DNA from: Candidatus Poribacteria bacterium
GTDB lineage: Bacteria > Poribacteria > WGA-4E > WGA-3G
Reading direction: 5' to 3'
Assembly: GCA_965242965.1 (NCBI GenBank)
Contig: OZ251518.1
Span: 288,001-352,000, forward strand
DNA: 64,000 nucleotides
Part shown: positions 1-11,536 of the stretch, piece by piece
Position numbering within the stretch: position 1 is the first letter of the stretch
Layout: each line of letters starts with the position of its first letter
Notes under the pieces: model-generated
What the model was told of the DNA's origin: nothing
Seen by the model: only the letters and a program-made list of their open reading frames with translations
Database searches by the model: none
Made by a program: the position numbers and the translations under genes

Positions 1-2
1 AC

Positions 3-317
3 GAAGCAGTGGCTGTGATGTTTATTGCGCAAGTGTATGGGATTACGATGGATCCAGCGCAACAACTCGTTGTCGTTCTTACGGCGACACTCGCCGCCAT
101 CGGTGCCGCTGGCATTCCGGAGGCGGGGCTTGTCACCATGGTCATCGTGCTCAGGGCGGTGGATTTGCCGATTGAGGGTATCACGCTGATTCTGTCTGTC
201 GATTGGCTGCTTGACCGGTTTCGCACCACTGTCAACGTCTGGGGCGATAGCGTCGGTGCCGGTGTGATTGAAACGTATGAAAACAGAGGGGCAGCCGAAT
301 CGCCTTCCTCAGCGTAG
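3..317 (+). CDS. Dicarboxylate/amino acid:cation symporter (DAACS/GltP family), C-terminal part; begins before the window
   Basis: GAAGIPEAG and [16 protein letters not shown] motifs of the SDF/DAACS family. Confidence 0.9.
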   Translation, partial: EAVAVMFIAQVYGITMDPAQQLVVVLTATLAAIGAAGIPEAGLVTMVIVLRAVDLPIEGITLILSVDWLLDRFRTTVNVWGDSVGAGVIETYENRGAAESPSSA

Positions 318-329
318 AGAAAACTGTAT

Positions 330-600
330 GGCGAGGGAAACCTGTCTTCGCCATGCAACGCTCGCGGGGGGAACCCGCTCGGATGCGCGTATGGCATCCG
401 AGGGCCCCGCGCTACGGTAGGAGAGCGGTTGTCTCATCCCTCGTATGGCGAGGGAAACCTGTCTTCGCCATGCAACGATCGCGGGGGAAACCCGCTCGGA
501 TGCGCGGATGGCATCCGAGGGCCCCCGCGCTACGGTACCTGTAGGGCAAGATCGCCTGATCTTGACCCGTTCGGGAGCGGGCGCTCCCGAACTACAGAGG
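330..600. repeat. REP-like palindrome cluster containing two copies of a ~95-bp unit
   Basis: Repeated ggcgagggaaacctgtcttcgcc and ctcggatgc..gcatccgag..cgcgctac, plus a GTAG..CTAC doublet at 541-594. Confidence 0.85.
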
Positions 601-652
601 GTTATCCCACTCAGACAATGCCGAACAACCGCTAGGAACAACAAAAAAGAAA

Positions 653-2698
653 ATGGCTACAGAAAAGAACTCATCCACACAAAATTCGCCAATTACCGGT
701 GCGACGATTCTCGCCATCATTAGCGTGGTGCTAGCCGCCGGATGGATTGCGTTCGCCTACTACATAGGCGGCAGCACGGATGCAAACGGCAACCGCATCC
801 TGCTTTTACATCCGATTGTGGCGATGCTGCTCATCTTCCTACTAATTCGCGTTTACCGGTGGGTAGAGATAAAAATCATCGCGACGCTTGAAATCGTGAT
901 GATAGCCTTATGGCTTTTCGTCACGCTGCTCGGCGTGCTGACACCGTTCATTCTCGGTTTCGGGTTCGCCTATCTGCTGCGGTTTATCTCCAGTGCGATT
1001 CCGTTTAACAAGGCGTATCAACGCCGGCTCGCGATGGTGGCTATTTTGATTATCTGTGGCGGTGTCTTCTTTTGGACAAGTCGCCAGATTGGTAGGCAGG
1101 CGAGCCAGATGAGCAAAGGCTTGCAGCAGTTTTACCATGAATCGGTTCTACCGTTCGTCGTCGGTGAAACGCTGGAGGCACTGGCCATTGAGGCTGAGGC
1201 ATCTGGCGAGAAGACGAAATTCTATCTCGGCACCAACCACGGTGTCTATATTATTGAAGAGGATGTCCGTTCGGGAGTGACAAATGGCGACATCATCGGG
1301 AAACGGGTGCAGGCACTCACCCGCACGGATAAGGGGCTTTATGCAGGAACACCAGATGGGCTCTATCGACTTGAGGTGGGAACAGAGAAGGCAACTTGGG
1401 TGAAAGTTGAAAACATCCAGTTTGCTAATCCATCGGTGCAGGCCATCAGTCCCGGGCGTGATGCATCCAGCCTTTACGTGGGAACAGCCTCCGGACTCTA
1501 CGCCAGTTACGATGCTGGTGAGACGTGGTTTTCTGTTGCGCCTGAAATTTTCGCGAGCCTCGCCATCGTCAGCATCACAAGTGAGGACAACAACATCTAT
1601 GTGGTGGCGAGAGGAGAGGCATCGCAAGCACAGCAGACTGTCCTCTGGATGCAAGCAGGTTCAAACATGGAGTGGCAGGTTCTACCATCGGAAGGGTTAA
1701 CGTTTCAGTCCCTCGCCGTTGGCAACAGCACGCTCTATGCGGGGACAACGAGCGGGGTTTATACCTATGAAGGTGCAGTGGGACAATGGAATGAAGTTCA
1801 AGGCGAGGCGCACCTCCCAACCTCGATTTCGCTGTTAGCGGCTACGTCCTCGCATGTCTACGCGGGCGATAAAACGGTTATCCGACACAGTAGCGACGCT
1901 GGCGATTGGCCGCTCGCTATTGCACATAATGAGGGACGTTTTAACACGCTCAAAGATACAGCGATTGGGAGGCAGGTGCAGAAATACTTAACCGAAAGCA
2001 TCCCGAGTGTGGCACAAGCGGGTGGCACTGCTTTCAAATGGCTATCTGCGTCCGCGGGTTCATTCGCTTCCCAGTTCGGCGGGTTTCTCGCGACGCTCTC
2101 CTTCACGTTCATCGTTTTTGTCTACGCCGGTCAGAAGTTTGAGGACTATATCCGCGGGCTTACATTGCTCATCCCGGCAACGCATCGAGAGCAGGTGAAA
2201 GCGCACCTGCGCGAAATTGATAGGAATATGCAGGCGTATTTAAGGGGGCAAGTCGCCGTTATCGCGATTGTTTCTGTCATTTCAACTATTGCTTATGGGG
2301 TTATTGGCGTGCCGTTCGCGCTCCTGGTCGGCTTGCTGGCGGGGCTCTGCAATGCCATTCCGACATTCGGTCCTTTTATTGGCGGTGCGTTCGCGTTCGT
2401 TGCGATGCTGATGGGGCTCGCCGCTGGTGATTTCAGCATGGGTTTTGACTTCCTCATCCGTTGTTTCGCCGTATTGATTGCCATTTTGGGTATCCAAACT
2501 ATCGATAACTCGCTCATTTCGCCGAAAGTCATGAGCAAGGCTGTTGAGGTAGATGCGTTGCTGATTATGTTCGGTGTGATTGTCGGTGGTTCGCTGCTCG
2601 GTTTTTGGGGTGTATTGCTCGCCATTCCGATTCTTGTCGTGATCAAGTCCGTTATTGCGGTTTCGCAAGGGAAAATCAACACAACGGAAGAAGAATAG
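653..2698 (+). CDS. AI-2E family transporter with an inserted beta-propeller-like (BNR-type) domain
   Basis: N-terminal PFILGFGFAYLL; C-terminal YLRGQ, IPTFGPFIG, QTIDNSLISPKVM and GVLLAIP; central repeats of LYAGTxxGLY and SYDAGETW. Confidence 0.85.
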   Translation: MATEKNSSTQNSPITGATILAIISVVLAAGWIAFAYYIGGSTDANGNRILLLHPIVAMLLIFLLIRVYRWVEIKIIATLEIVMIALWLFVTLLGVLTPFILGFGFAYLLRFISSAIPFNKAYQRRLAMVAILIICGGVFFWTSRQIGRQASQMSKGLQQFYHESVLPFVVGETLEALAIEAEASGEKTKFYLGTNHGVYIIEEDVRSGVTNGDIIGKRVQALTRTDKGLYAGTPDGLYRLEVGTEKATWVKVENIQFANPSVQAISPGRDASSLYVGTASGLYASYDAGETWFSVAPEIFASLAIVSITSEDNNIYVVARGEASQAQQTVLWMQAGSNMEWQVLPSEGLTFQSLAVGNSTLYAGTTSGVYTYEGAVGQWNEVQGEAHLPTSISLLAATSSHVYAGDKTVIRHSSDAGDWPLAIAHNEGRFNTLKDTAIGRQVQKYLTESIPSVAQAGGTAFKWLSASAGSFASQFGGFLATLSFTFIVFVYAGQKFEDYIRGLTLLIPATHREQVKAHLREIDRNMQAYLRGQVAVIAIVSVISTIAYGVIGVPFALLVGLLAGLCNAIPTFGPFIGGAFAFVAMLMGLAAGDFSMGFDFLIRCFAVLIAILGIQTIDNSLISPKVMSKAVEVDALLIMFGVIVGGSLLGFWGVLLAIPILVVIKSVIAVSQGKINTTEEE

Positions 2699-2775
2699 GC
2701 GCGGTTTGAAACCGCGTCGTGCGAAAAGAGATGCAAGTCTTGACAGCATCAATGACGGATTACGGAGAAGAAATC

Positions 2776-4143
2776 ATGAGATCAGAAACATCCGCGAAAC
2801 GCCAAAAAATTGTTGCGATTGTCGGCAGACCGAATGTCGGCAAATCGTCCCTATTCAATCGGATGGCGGCCGTCGCTTCTGGGCGTGGGGCATCGAAAAG
2901 ATTCGCTGTCGTTCACGATACCCCCGGCGTAACCCGCGACCGGAATTACACCGACATTGAATGGGCTGATTGCGGTTTCACCATTGTTGATACCGGTGGG
3001 TTAGACACCGACCCGGGTGATAGGCTCATTGACAGGGTGCAGCTGCAAGTCGATGCTGCTGTAGCGGAAGCGAGTCTCGTGCTTTTCGTTGTCGATGTGC
3101 GTGATGGCATCATGCCGCACGATATGACAGTCGCCAATAAACTGCGTGCGGCGGATAAACCCATCTTCCTCGTCATCAACAAAGTTGACAGCGAACGGTT
3201 TTGGAACGACGCGGCAGAATTCTACGCGCTCGGTTTCGATGAACCGATATTTACCTCGTGTGTGCAGAACGAAGGCATCCAAGAAATTCTGGACCGGGTT
3301 GTCGAAGCACTACCTGAAACGGAGGCAGATGATACCAGTGGGGACAATGCGCAAACCGGGATAAAAATCGCCATCGTTGGTAAGCCGAACGTTGGCAAAT
3401 CGTCGCTGATTAACAACTTGCTCGGCGAAGAACGGATGATTGTGGATAACCGGCCCGGCACCACCCGCGATGCTGTCAACATCCATTTCGTCCACGATAA
3501 CATCGCCTTTGAAATAGTGGACACGGCGGGGATGCGGCGCAAGTCCGCGATTGACGATAAATTGGAATCGGCTACCGTGCAGCGCGCTATTCACAGCATC
3601 CGCCAGAGTGACATCGCTGTCCTCGTGTTAGACGTATCGGAAACGGTGTCGCAGCAGGATAAAGCGATTGCGAATTTCATCGCGCGCCAAGGAAAAGCCT
3701 CCGTGCTCGCTGTCAACAAATGGGATCTAATTGAGAAGGACCACGCTACGCACGGCATGTTTCTGGATATCATTGATGCGCAACTGCCGCAACTCGGCTA
3801 TGTGCCGCGCGTGTTCGTCTCTGCTGTCACGGGGCAGCGGGTTACGAGAATTTTAGACACCGCTCTGGAGGTTTACCGCGAGTATTGCACACGGATTCCG
3901 ACACCGCAGCTCAATACGTTGCTCGTTGAGTTGCGGAACGCGTATCCGCCGCCTCGCGTGAAAGGCACACGTCCTGCACTCAAATATATCACGCAAATTG
4001 AGACGAAGCCGCCGACGTTCCTGATTTTTGGACGGAACACGCACCGTTTGCGTCCGCCGTATGAAGCGTATCTGACGAACGCGCTTCGCAAGGAGTTCGG
4101 TTTCCACGGCACGCCGATCCGGATTTATTATCGCCATTCGTAG
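2776..4143 (+). CDS. der: Ribosome biogenesis GTPase Der (EngA); start placed at the ATG after GGAG
   Basis: Two GTPase domains (GRPNVGKS/DTGG/NKVD and GKPNVGKS/DTAG/NKWD) and a C-terminal KH-like FGFHGTPIR. Confidence 0.97.
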   Translation: MRSETSAKRQKIVAIVGRPNVGKSSLFNRMAAVASGRGASKRFAVVHDTPGVTRDRNYTDIEWADCGFTIVDTGGLDTDPGDRLIDRVQLQVDAAVAEASLVLFVVDVRDGIMPHDMTVANKLRAADKPIFLVINKVDSERFWNDAAEFYALGFDEPIFTSCVQNEGIQEILDRVVEALPETEADDTSGDNAQTGIKIAIVGKPNVGKSSLINNLLGEERMIVDNRPGTTRDAVNIHFVHDNIAFEIVDTAGMRRKSAIDDKLESATVQRAIHSIRQSDIAVLVLDVSETVSQQDKAIANFIARQGKASVLAVNKWDLIEKDHATHGMFLDIIDAQLPQLGYVPRVFVSAVTGQRVTRILDTALEVYREYCTRIPTPQLNTLLVELRNAYPPPRVKGTRPALKYITQIETKPPTFLIFGRNTHRLRPPYEAYLTNALRKEFGFHGTPIRIYYRHS

Positions 4144-4275
4144 TTGCACAATGCATCGGCGATAAATAGCGTGCTTTTGCAGATAGAAAACCTTTTTTGG
4201 AACTTTTTTGGGAGTTCGGTGTATAATCTAATCAGAGCAATTCAGTTTTTGCTGATAAGCGATATTCGCGCCAGA

Positions 4276-4510
4276 TAGGGGACATCCTTGTCGTGATACT
4301 GAGTAGGCGGGACATCCTTGTCCCGATAAAGCCCGGTAGGCGGGACATCCTTGTCCCGATATATCTCCTCGGTAGGCGGGACATCCTTGTCCCGATATGT
4401 TGAAAATCGAGCATCAAGACCGGGAGGTCTCTCCTACTCAAAGAAATCGAGACCGGGAGGTCTCTCCTACGGGGAGAAGGCATCGAGACCAGGAAGGCTC
4501 TCCTACGGGG
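4276..4510. repeat. REP-like cluster: four GGGACATCCTTGTC(C)-type copies facing three GAGACC..GGTCTC-type copies in the opposite orientation
   Basis: gtaggcgggacatccttgtcccga repeated; tcgagaccgggaggtctctcctac repeated. Confidence 0.9.
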
Positions 4511-4592
4511 GCGCGCTGAATCGCTGTTGCACGAAAAATATCTATTTCGCGAGAAGTCCGTTAGGGCTTTCATGTCTATAGGAGAAATGCAA

Positions 4593-5021
4593 ATGAAGAC
4601 TATATTGAACCGTCACTTGATGCTGCCCAGACTCAATCGGAGTTGGCTCAGCACTCTCAGCCTCGCGGTGTTATGCGCGATGGCATTTACCTTTACCGGT
4701 GCACTCTCCCCGATGATGAACACGGCGACTGCACAGGGTGCCTCGAGCGGCGCAGACCTTGCCCCGGCTCCCTCCAATCCTCCTCCATGCTATAATTCGG
4801 CACTTGCAGCCTTACGCACTGCTCGTGCGAACCATAACAGCGCGGTAGCAGCGCACCGGGAGGCACTCAACGAACTACGGAGGAGCCTGTCGGAAAATCC
4901 GCCAGTTTACCCCTTCGTCCTCTTAGCGGCGATAAATGTAGAGATCGCGAAGAGTAATTTGCAAGCGGCGGTGACTACCTTGAGGCAGGCAAAGGCAGCC
5001 CTCGCGCAATGCATAGGATAG
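4593..5021 (+). CDS. Putative secreted Ala-rich helical protein of unknown function
   Basis: AGGAGA RBS; hydrophobic signal-like segment ending ATA-Q; amphipathic helices. Confidence 0.6.
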   Translation: MKTILNRHLMLPRLNRSWLSTLSLAVLCAMAFTFTGALSPMMNTATAQGASSGADLAPAPSNPPPCYNSALAALRTARANHNSAVAAHREALNELRRSLSENPPVYPFVLLAAINVEIAKSNLQAAVTTLRQAKAALAQCIG

Positions 5022-5203
5022 AGGACGCAATTGCCAACCGCCATGCCGCGACGCGTGGGCAAAACGCTGAAAACGGGTGCTGAATTGAACGGCATGCGTC
5101 CACCGCGGATAACCTCAAAAACGACTGGGTGGCGCGTTACTGAAACGCGTCATCCAGTCCCTATCAAGTTTTCTACCCATGTCTTTCTGTAAAGGAGAAT
5201 CCC

Positions 5204-6184
5204 TTGTCTAAATTCAAAGTTTTTATTACACGTCCTATTCCGCAGCAGATTGTCGCGATGATGGAAGCGGATTGCGAGATAGACATGTGGCATACGAGTG
5301 CCATTCTGCCGCCTATCGCTGAGAAGATCGCGCCGCTTGATGGACTCATGACGTATGGGCACGAACCGGTTTCTGCGGCGATGATTGCCGCCGCCCCCAA
5401 TCTCAAGGCAGTCTCCGTCGTTGGTGTTGGCTATGACCACGTTGATGAGGATGCTTGCCGGGAACGCGGTATCGCGCTAGGGCATACTCCCGGCGTGCTG
5501 AGCGATACTACGGCGGATATGACGATGGCACTCTTGCTGGCGGCTGCTCGGAATATTGTCCCGGCGCACCAACACGTCCAAGTCGCCAGAGAGTGGACAT
5601 ATTACGATCCGAATATTTTGTGGGGGACAGATGTGCATCACACCACGTTAGGCATCGTCGGCATGGGGCGTATCGGTTACGCTGTCGCCAAGCGCGCGTT
5701 AGGGTTTGACATGCGCGTCCTCTACCACAAACGCAACCGCCGCCATGACTGGGAAGAAGAGCTCGGCATTGAATACGCCGAGTTGGAACACCTCCTGCAA
5801 GTCTCTGATTTTGTGACGTTGCACGTTCCCTTGACTGAAGAGACGACGCATCTCATCGGGGAGGCGGAGTTGGCGTTAATGAAACCGACAGCGATTTTAG
5901 TAAACATCGCTCGGGGTCCCGTGGTAGACCACGGTGCGTTATACGAGGCACTCGTATCGGGACAAATAGCAGGTGCCGCGTTGGATGTAACGGAGCCGGA
6001 GCCGATAGACACATCTCATCCGCTTTTGGGTTTAGAGAACGTTCTGATTGCGCCGCATCTCGGCAGTGCGACTGTTCAAACGCGCACGAAAATGGCGACG
6101 ATGGCGATGGAGAATTTGTTGGCGGGGTTGAAGGGTGAGCGTTTGCCGTATGCGGTGCTGCAACCGGGGCATCGTAAAAATTAG
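5204..6184 (+). CDS. D-2-hydroxyacid dehydrogenase (glyoxylate reductase/D-glycerate dehydrogenase type)
   Basis: GVGYDHVD, GMGRIG, NIARG, LDV..EP and PHLGSA motifs. Confidence 0.93.
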   Translation: MSKFKVFITRPIPQQIVAMMEADCEIDMWHTSAILPPIAEKIAPLDGLMTYGHEPVSAAMIAAAPNLKAVSVVGVGYDHVDEDACRERGIALGHTPGVLSDTTADMTMALLLAAARNIVPAHQHVQVAREWTYYDPNILWGTDVHHTTLGIVGMGRIGYAVAKRALGFDMRVLYHKRNRRHDWEEELGIEYAELEHLLQVSDFVTLHVPLTEETTHLIGEAELALMKPTAILVNIARGPVVDHGALYEALVSGQIAGAALDVTEPEPIDTSHPLLGLENVLIAPHLGSATVQTRTKMATMAMENLLAGLKGERLPYAVLQPGHRKN

Positions 6185-6254
6185 ATTTGCTTTTAACGCG
6201 AGTTGATGTTAAAATTAAACGTTAAGGGCGCGTCAAACGTCTTAAGTTTTAAAT

Positions 6255-6783
6255 GAGGGTGTTTCATAAATCGATGCACACCCGTAGGAGAAACCTCGGG
6301 GCATAATTTCTTTCCGGTAGGAGAGACCTCCTGGTCTCGATGTTCCCGTAGCGCGGGGGCCTGTCCCCCGCGATCGTTGGATTGTGTGAACGATGGCGAG
6401 GGACACCCGCTCGCATGCGCGTGTGGCATGCGAGGGCCTTCGCCCTACGGTGAGGGGGCGTTTTTTTTCGTAGCGCGGGGGCCTGTCCCCCGCGTTGGCC
6501 ATCGTCACAATGTGTGTTTCCCCATCTGTAGTTTGTGCTCGCCTGATCACAAACAGGTCAAGATCGGGCGATCCTGACCTACAGGGGTGAGGAGATCTGG
6601 CAGCAAAACGCTGGCGAGGGACAGGCCCTCGCCCTACGGTGAAGGCGGGCTTTCTGCCGCCGCGTCCCCGGGAGGAGCACCGCCCTATTGCATCGAGACC
6701 GGGAGGTCTCTCCTACCGGGAAAACGGAATCGTTCAGGGTGTCACGAAACCATTTTTACTACAACGAGTTAGGAAAGACTCTC
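6255..6783. mobile_element. TIR-headed REP cassette with a degenerate right end
   Basis: Left end GAGGGTGTTTCATA; right end TAGGAAAGACTCTC; interior of GTAG palindromes. Confidence 0.6.
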
Positions 6784-6812
6784 AACTTAACCTAAGTAGG
6801 AGGAAATGTAAA

Positions 6813-7073
6813 ATGAAAAAGCCATCGGTGCAAACCGACTCACTTCTCGCTTTGGCTGGAACGCTGGAATGCAATCTCGCCGAAATCGAGCCTGCGCCAG
6901 TGGCGGAAATGCGGAAGATTCCGCCGGACCGGAAAGCCGACACGCATGGCACAAATCACTTTCTATCGCTCTTGGGCACGTTGGAATGTGATGTCACCGA
7001 CATCGGTAAACGCCACGACGACTATATCGGCGACGCGTTAATCGTTGAGTTACGAGGAAATGACGATGACTGA
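6813..7073 (+). CDS. Putative antitoxin for the downstream PIN toxin (copy 1)
   Basis: AGGAGG RBS; stop overlaps the PIN gene start; internal repeat of GTLEC; acidic C-terminus. Confidence 0.75.
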   Translation: MKKPSVQTDSLLALAGTLECNLAEIEPAPVAEMRKIPPDRKADTHGTNHFLSLLGTLECDVTDIGKRHDDYIGDALIVELRGNDDD

Positions 7074-7479
7074 GGTTTTTGCAGATACATCCGGATGGGC
7101 GAGTTCCTTTATCAAGAGTGAATCTGATTATGCGAAAGCCTCGGAATTAATGAGAGGGTGGCAACAGGAAAACCGGCGCGTTGTCACAACGAATTATGTC
7201 CTCAGCGAACTCGTCGTTCTATTCACCCGTTTCCGTTTAGATCGAGAAAGCATTCTTGATTATATCAAGTCTATTCGCTCAAATCCGTTGTTTGAAGTTG
7301 TCCACATAGACAAAGCACTAGATGCAGAAGCTTGGTGGCTGCTTGAAAATCGATTGGATAAAGCGTGGAGCCTTGTCGATGCCGCTAGTTTCGTCGTCAT
7401 GCAAGAACGAGGGATAACCGAGGCTCTGACAACAGATCACCACTTTGAGCAAGCAGAATTTACACGGCTGCTGAAATGA
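7066..7479 (+). CDS. PIN-domain (VapC-like) toxin
   Basis: VFADTSG, TTNYVLSE, SLVDAASF and ALTTDHHF acidic PIN motifs. Confidence 0.92.
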   Translation: MTEVFADTSGWASSFIKSESDYAKASELMRGWQQENRRVVTTNYVLSELVVLFTRFRLDRESILDYIKSIRSNPLFEVVHIDKALDAEAWWLLENRLDKAWSLVDAASFVVMQERGITEALTTDHHFEQAEFTRLLK

Positions 7480-7532
7480 GATTGGTGCTTGTCTTGTCAA
7501 AATTTCCTTTCAAAATCAGGCGAATTTAACCT

Positions 7533-7797
7533 GAGGGTGTTTCATAACTCCGTTTCGGTAGTTATCCCCCTTGGGGGCTGGCGAATACCGGAAGGCATTG
7601 GGCCCACCTCTGTAGTTCGGGAGCACCCGCTCCCGAACGGGTCAGGATCAGGCGATCCTGACCTATAGGGGTGATGCGGTCTGACACCAAAACGCATGGC
7701 GAGGGACAGGCCCTCGCCCTACGTGAAGGGAAGGCGTTTTTTTCACCGTAGCGCGGGGCCTGTCACCGCGATGTCGAACGAGATATGAAACACTCTC
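7533..7797. mobile_element. MITE-like cassette: 14-bp TIRs, REP cargo, ~10-bp flanking direct repeat
   Basis: GAGGGTGTTTCATA...TATGAAACACTCTC; flanks AATTTAACCT and AACTTAACCT. Confidence 0.75.
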
Positions 7798-7826
7798 AAC
7801 TTAACCTAGATAGGAGGCAATATAAA

Positions 7827-8087
7827 ATGAAAAAGCCATCGGTGCAAACCGACTCACTTCTCGCTTTGGCGGGCACGTTGGAATGTGATCTTGCCGCTAT
7901 TGAACCCGCCCCGGTGGCGGAGTTAAGGGGAGTTCCCCAAGATTCGGAACTGGCAAAACATGCCACAACTCCGCTCCTCGCTTTGGCTGGAACGCTGGAA
8001 TGCAATGTTCCGGACTTCGGGAAACGCCATGACGAATACATCGTTGATACGTTAATCGCGGAATTACGCGGAAATGACGATGAATAA
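7827..8087 (+). CDS. Orphan paralogue of the 6813 antitoxin (copy 2)
   Basis: Identical N-terminus [20 protein letters not shown]; no PIN gene follows. Confidence 0.75.
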   Translation: MKKPSVQTDSLLALAGTLECDLAAIEPAPVAELRGVPQDSELAKHATTPLLALAGTLECNVPDFGKRHDEYIVDTLIAELRGNDDE

Positions 8088-8110
8088 AGCCGCCGGAGGA
8101 AAACTCTAGA

Positions 8111-11100
8111 ATGCCCCGTATCTTCGATAACATCGCTCAGGCACTGCTGCCTGCACTCCGAGAAACGCTAAAAACCGCCACGCACGCCGACTTTTGTGTC
8201 GGATACTTTAACCTGCGCGGATGGAAGGCACTCGCCGATTCTGTGGAAGCATGGCACGGTGGAGAAGACAACTGCTGCCGAATCCTCGTCGGAATGCAAA
8301 GGTTGCCGGAAGAAGAACTCCGACACGCCAAACGTCTTCGTAAACAGGACGATAGAATTGATAACCAAACCGCTCTCCGCCTCAAACGGAGACTCGCAGA
8401 GGAATTTCGCGAACAACTGACGGTAGGCATCCCGACACGCGAAGATGAAGAAGGGCTCCGACAATTAGCACAGCAACTCCGTGACAAAAAGGTTCAGGTA
8501 AAGTTGTTTCTTCGGCATCCTCTCCACGCGAAACTCTATCTGCTCCACCGTCCCGATGCGATTACGCCGATTGTCGGCTACCTCGGCAGCAGCAACCTCA
8601 CCTTCGCCGGACTTTCAAAACAGGGAGAACTCAACGTTGATGTCCTTGATGCCGACGCGTGCCTAAAGTTAAAAGATTGGTTTGACGCGCGCTGGGAAGA
8701 CCGGTGGTGCATCGATATCTCTGCCGAATTGATTGAAATCATTGAGCAGAGTTGGGCGCGCGAGAAACGCATTCCGCCGTATCATATCTACGTCAAGATG
8801 GCGTATCACCTCTCACAGGAGGCGCGCCTCGGCTTAACGGAATTCCAAATTCCGCGTGAATTTCGGGACAAACTGTTTGAATTCCAGAGTGCCGCGGTCC
8901 AGATTGCGGCGCATCACCTCAACACGCGCGGAGGCGTGTTAATCGGTGATGTTGTCGGACTCGGTAAAACGATGATGGGCACCGCGCTCGCGCGCATTTT
9001 TGAGGATGACCACGGTGTTGAAACGCTCATCATTTGCCCCAAGAACCTCGTCAAAATGTGGGAAACGTATCGCGAGGAATATCACTTGCGCGGGAAAGTG
9101 CTTTCGCTGAGCAGCGTCATCCAAGAGCTGCCGAACCTTCGGCGGTATCGCCTTATCCTGATTGATGAAAGCCATAATTTGCGAAACCGCGAGGGAAAAC
9201 GCTATCGCGCAATTCAGGAATACATCCACGAGAACGATAGCCGCGTTATCCTGCTCTCGGCAACGCCTTACAATAAAACCTACCTCGATCTTTCCAGTCA
9301 ACTCCGCCTGTTCGTTGAGGAGGACAGAGACTTGGGTATCCGTCCGGAACATTATCTCCGTGAGTTGGGAGGCGAGCCTGAGTTTCTCCGCAAGCACCAG
9401 AGCGGGGTGCGCACGCTGCCTGCATTTGAGCAGAGCAAGCATCTTGACGATTGGCGCGAATTGATGCGTATCTATCTCGTCCGCCGCACGCGCAGTTTCA
9501 TCATGGAAAACTACGCCGAGACAGATACCGAGACAGCGCGGAAGTTCCTCGCTTTTCCCGATGGCACGCGCGCCTACTTTCCGCTGCGCGTTCCAAAAAC
9601 GGTGAAGTTCGCCATTGACGACGAAAACCCGGACGATACTTATGCGCAACTTTATTCGCAGCGCGTTGTTCAAATCATTAGCAACTTGCAGCTGCCTCGG
9701 TATGGATTGGCGAATTATATCGTTGATACGGACTTGAAATCGCTGACACCGGCGGAAGAACAGCAGTTAACAAATCTCTCCCGCGGTGGACAGCGGCTCA
9801 TCGGTTTTAGCAGGACCAACCTTTTCAAGCGGCTTGAAAGTAGCGGACAGGCGTTCCTCCAATCTGTTGAACGGCACATTCTGCGCAACTACGTTTACCT
9901 TGACGCGATTGAGAACGGCGAACCGCTTCCCATCGGTGGACAAAGCAGTGAAATGCTCGATGCGCGTCTCTACAATGAGGATGCCGATGTAGATGCGTTT
10001 GATGACGATAGTGATGTGCAACTGGACACTGCGCACTTGGAAACCGCGCCTACCGGAAACCTTTCTCCTGCTGAGGAAGACTTCAAACGGCGCGCCGCCG
10101 AAATCTATCAACTTTACACTACGAGATACAAAGGCCGGTTTAAGTGGATTCGTTCAGAGCTCTTCCGGCCCTCTCTTCAGAAGGCACTCGCCGATGATGC
10201 GAACGCGCTGCTCACTATCTTGCAAGACTCCGGCGCGTGGGATGCCGAAAAAGACGAGAAACTGAACGCGCTGGAGACACTCTTAACCCAAACGCATCCG
10301 AATGAGAAGGTTATCATTTTCACGCAGTTTGCGGATACGGTGCGGTATTTGAAGGCGGCACTTGCGGCGCGCGGCATCTCGCAGATTGGGGCAGTCACCG
10401 GTAACTCCGCAGATCCGACTGGGATGGCGTGGCGGTTCAGTCCGGTGAGTAACGATAAACGGGATAGAGTCTCTCCGGAAAACGAACTGCGCGTCCTCAT
10501 CAGCACGGATATTTTGAGTGAAGGACAAAACTTGCAAGATTGCGCCATTGTCGTCAATTACGATTTGCCGTGGGCAATCATCAGGCTGGTGCAACGTGCT
10601 GGCCGTGTTGACAGAATCGGGCAAACGGCTGAACAGATTTCGTGCTATTCGTTTCTACCGGCTGATGGTGTGGAACGCATCATCAATTTGCGTGGCCGCG
10701 TCCGGGAACGGCTTCGCCAAAACTCGGAGATTGTCGGCACGGACGAGGCGTTTTTTGAAGATGACGATGACGAAAACGGCATCTTGGCGTTGTATCACGA
10801 ACGCGCAGGCTTGCTGGACGATGAACCCGACAACGATGTCGATCTTGCCTCTTACGCGTATCAAATCTGGAAAAATGCGATTACGCGTGAGCCGCGCCTA
10901 GAACGTATCATCCCGGAACTGCCGGCCGTCGTCTATGCCACAAAAGCGCACGATGCTATGGGCGGCGCGCTCGTCTATACGCGAACAGGCGATGGCAACG
11001 ATGCACTCGCGTGGATAAATCGGGATGGCAAAAGCGTCACTGAATCCCAATTCGCAATCCTGCAAGCCGCCGCGTGCACGCCGAATACCAAAGCACTGCC

Positions 11101-11488
11101 GCCGCTTGAAGAACATCACGACTTGGTGCGAAAGGGCACCGAACTCATCCTCTCTGAGGAACGAACGGTGGGTGGACAACTCGGTAGGCCCTCGGGTGCG
11201 CGGTTTCGGACATATCAACGGCTGCAGCAATATGCCGAGCAGGTCCGCGGCACGTTTTTTGATACGCCGGAATTGAAACGCGCGATTGACGACATCTATC
11301 GTTACCCGTTGCGTCAGGCGGCGACAGATACGCTTAATCGTCAACTCCGCGCCGGTATTACTGACGATGCACTTGCTAATCTGGTGATGCTGTTGCGCGA
11401 TGATGATAGGTTGTGCATTGTGCAGCGGGAACGGCAATTAGGAGAACCACAGATTATTTGTTCTTTGGGGCTGGTTGCATCTGTCTGA
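8111..11488 (+). CDS. PLD-family nuclease fused to an SNF2-type helicase (restriction-like subunit)
   Basis: HAKLY..GSSNLT; DVVGLGKT; DESHN; SATP; SEGQNLQ; [10 protein letters not shown]. Confidence 0.9.
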   Translation: MPRIFDNIAQALLPALRETLKTATHADFCVGYFNLRGWKALADSVEAWHGGEDNCCRILVGMQRLPEEELRHAKRLRKQDDRIDNQTALRLKRRLAEEFREQLTVGIPTREDEEGLRQLAQQLRDKKVQVKLFLRHPLHAKLYLLHRPDAITPIVGYLGSSNLTFAGLSKQGELNVDVLDADACLKLKDWFDARWEDRWCIDISAELIEIIEQSWAREKRIPPYHIYVKMAYHLSQEARLGLTEFQIPREFRDKLFEFQSAAVQIAAHHLNTRGGVLIGDVVGLGKTMMGTALARIFEDDHGVETLIICPKNLVKMWETYREEYHLRGKVLSLSSVIQELPNLRRYRLILIDESHNLRNREGKRYRAIQEYIHENDSRVILLSATPYNKTYLDLSSQLRLFVEEDRDLGIRPEHYLRELGGEPEFLRKHQSGVRTLPAFEQSKHLDDWRELMRIYLVRRTRSFIMENYAETDTETARKFLAFPDGTRAYFPLRVPKTVKFAIDDENPDDTYAQLYSQRVVQIISNLQLPRYGLANYIVDTDLKSLTPAEEQQLTNLSRGGQRLIGFSRTNLFKRLESSGQAFLQSVERHILRNYVYLDAIENGEPLPIGGQSSEMLDARLYNEDADVDAFDDDSDVQLDTAHLETAPTGNLSPAEEDFKRRAAEIYQLYTTRYKGRFKWIRSELFRPSLQKALADDANALLTILQDSGAWDAEKDEKLNALETLLTQTHPNEKVIIFTQFADTVRYLKAALAARGISQIGAVTGNSADPTGMAWRFSPVSNDKRDRVSPENELRVLISTDILSEGQNLQDCAIVVNYDLPWAIIRLVQRAGRVDRIGQTAEQISCYSFLPADGVERIINLRGRVRERLRQNSEIVGTDEAFFEDDDDENGILALYHERAGLLDDEPDNDVDLASYAYQIWKNAITREPRLERIIPELPAVVYATKAHDAMGGALVYTRTGDGNDALAWINRDGKSVTESQFAILQAAACTPNTKALPPLEEHHDLVRKGTELILSEERTVGGQLGRPSGARFRTYQRLQQYAEQVRGTFFDTPELKRAIDDIYRYPLRQAATDTLNRQLRAGITDDALANLVMLLRDDDRLCIVQRERQLGEPQIICSLGLVASV

Positions 11489-11536
11489 AACAGGATTAGG
11501 CGATCCGTTTCAGAAAAGAAATAAAAGGAGAATCCG

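Noticed and set aside
5040-5160. Riboswitch (c-di-GMP-I-like GGGCAAA..GAAA) upstream of the dehydrogenase
   Set aside because: The match is too weak; only a simple hairpin at ~5122-5159 is supported.
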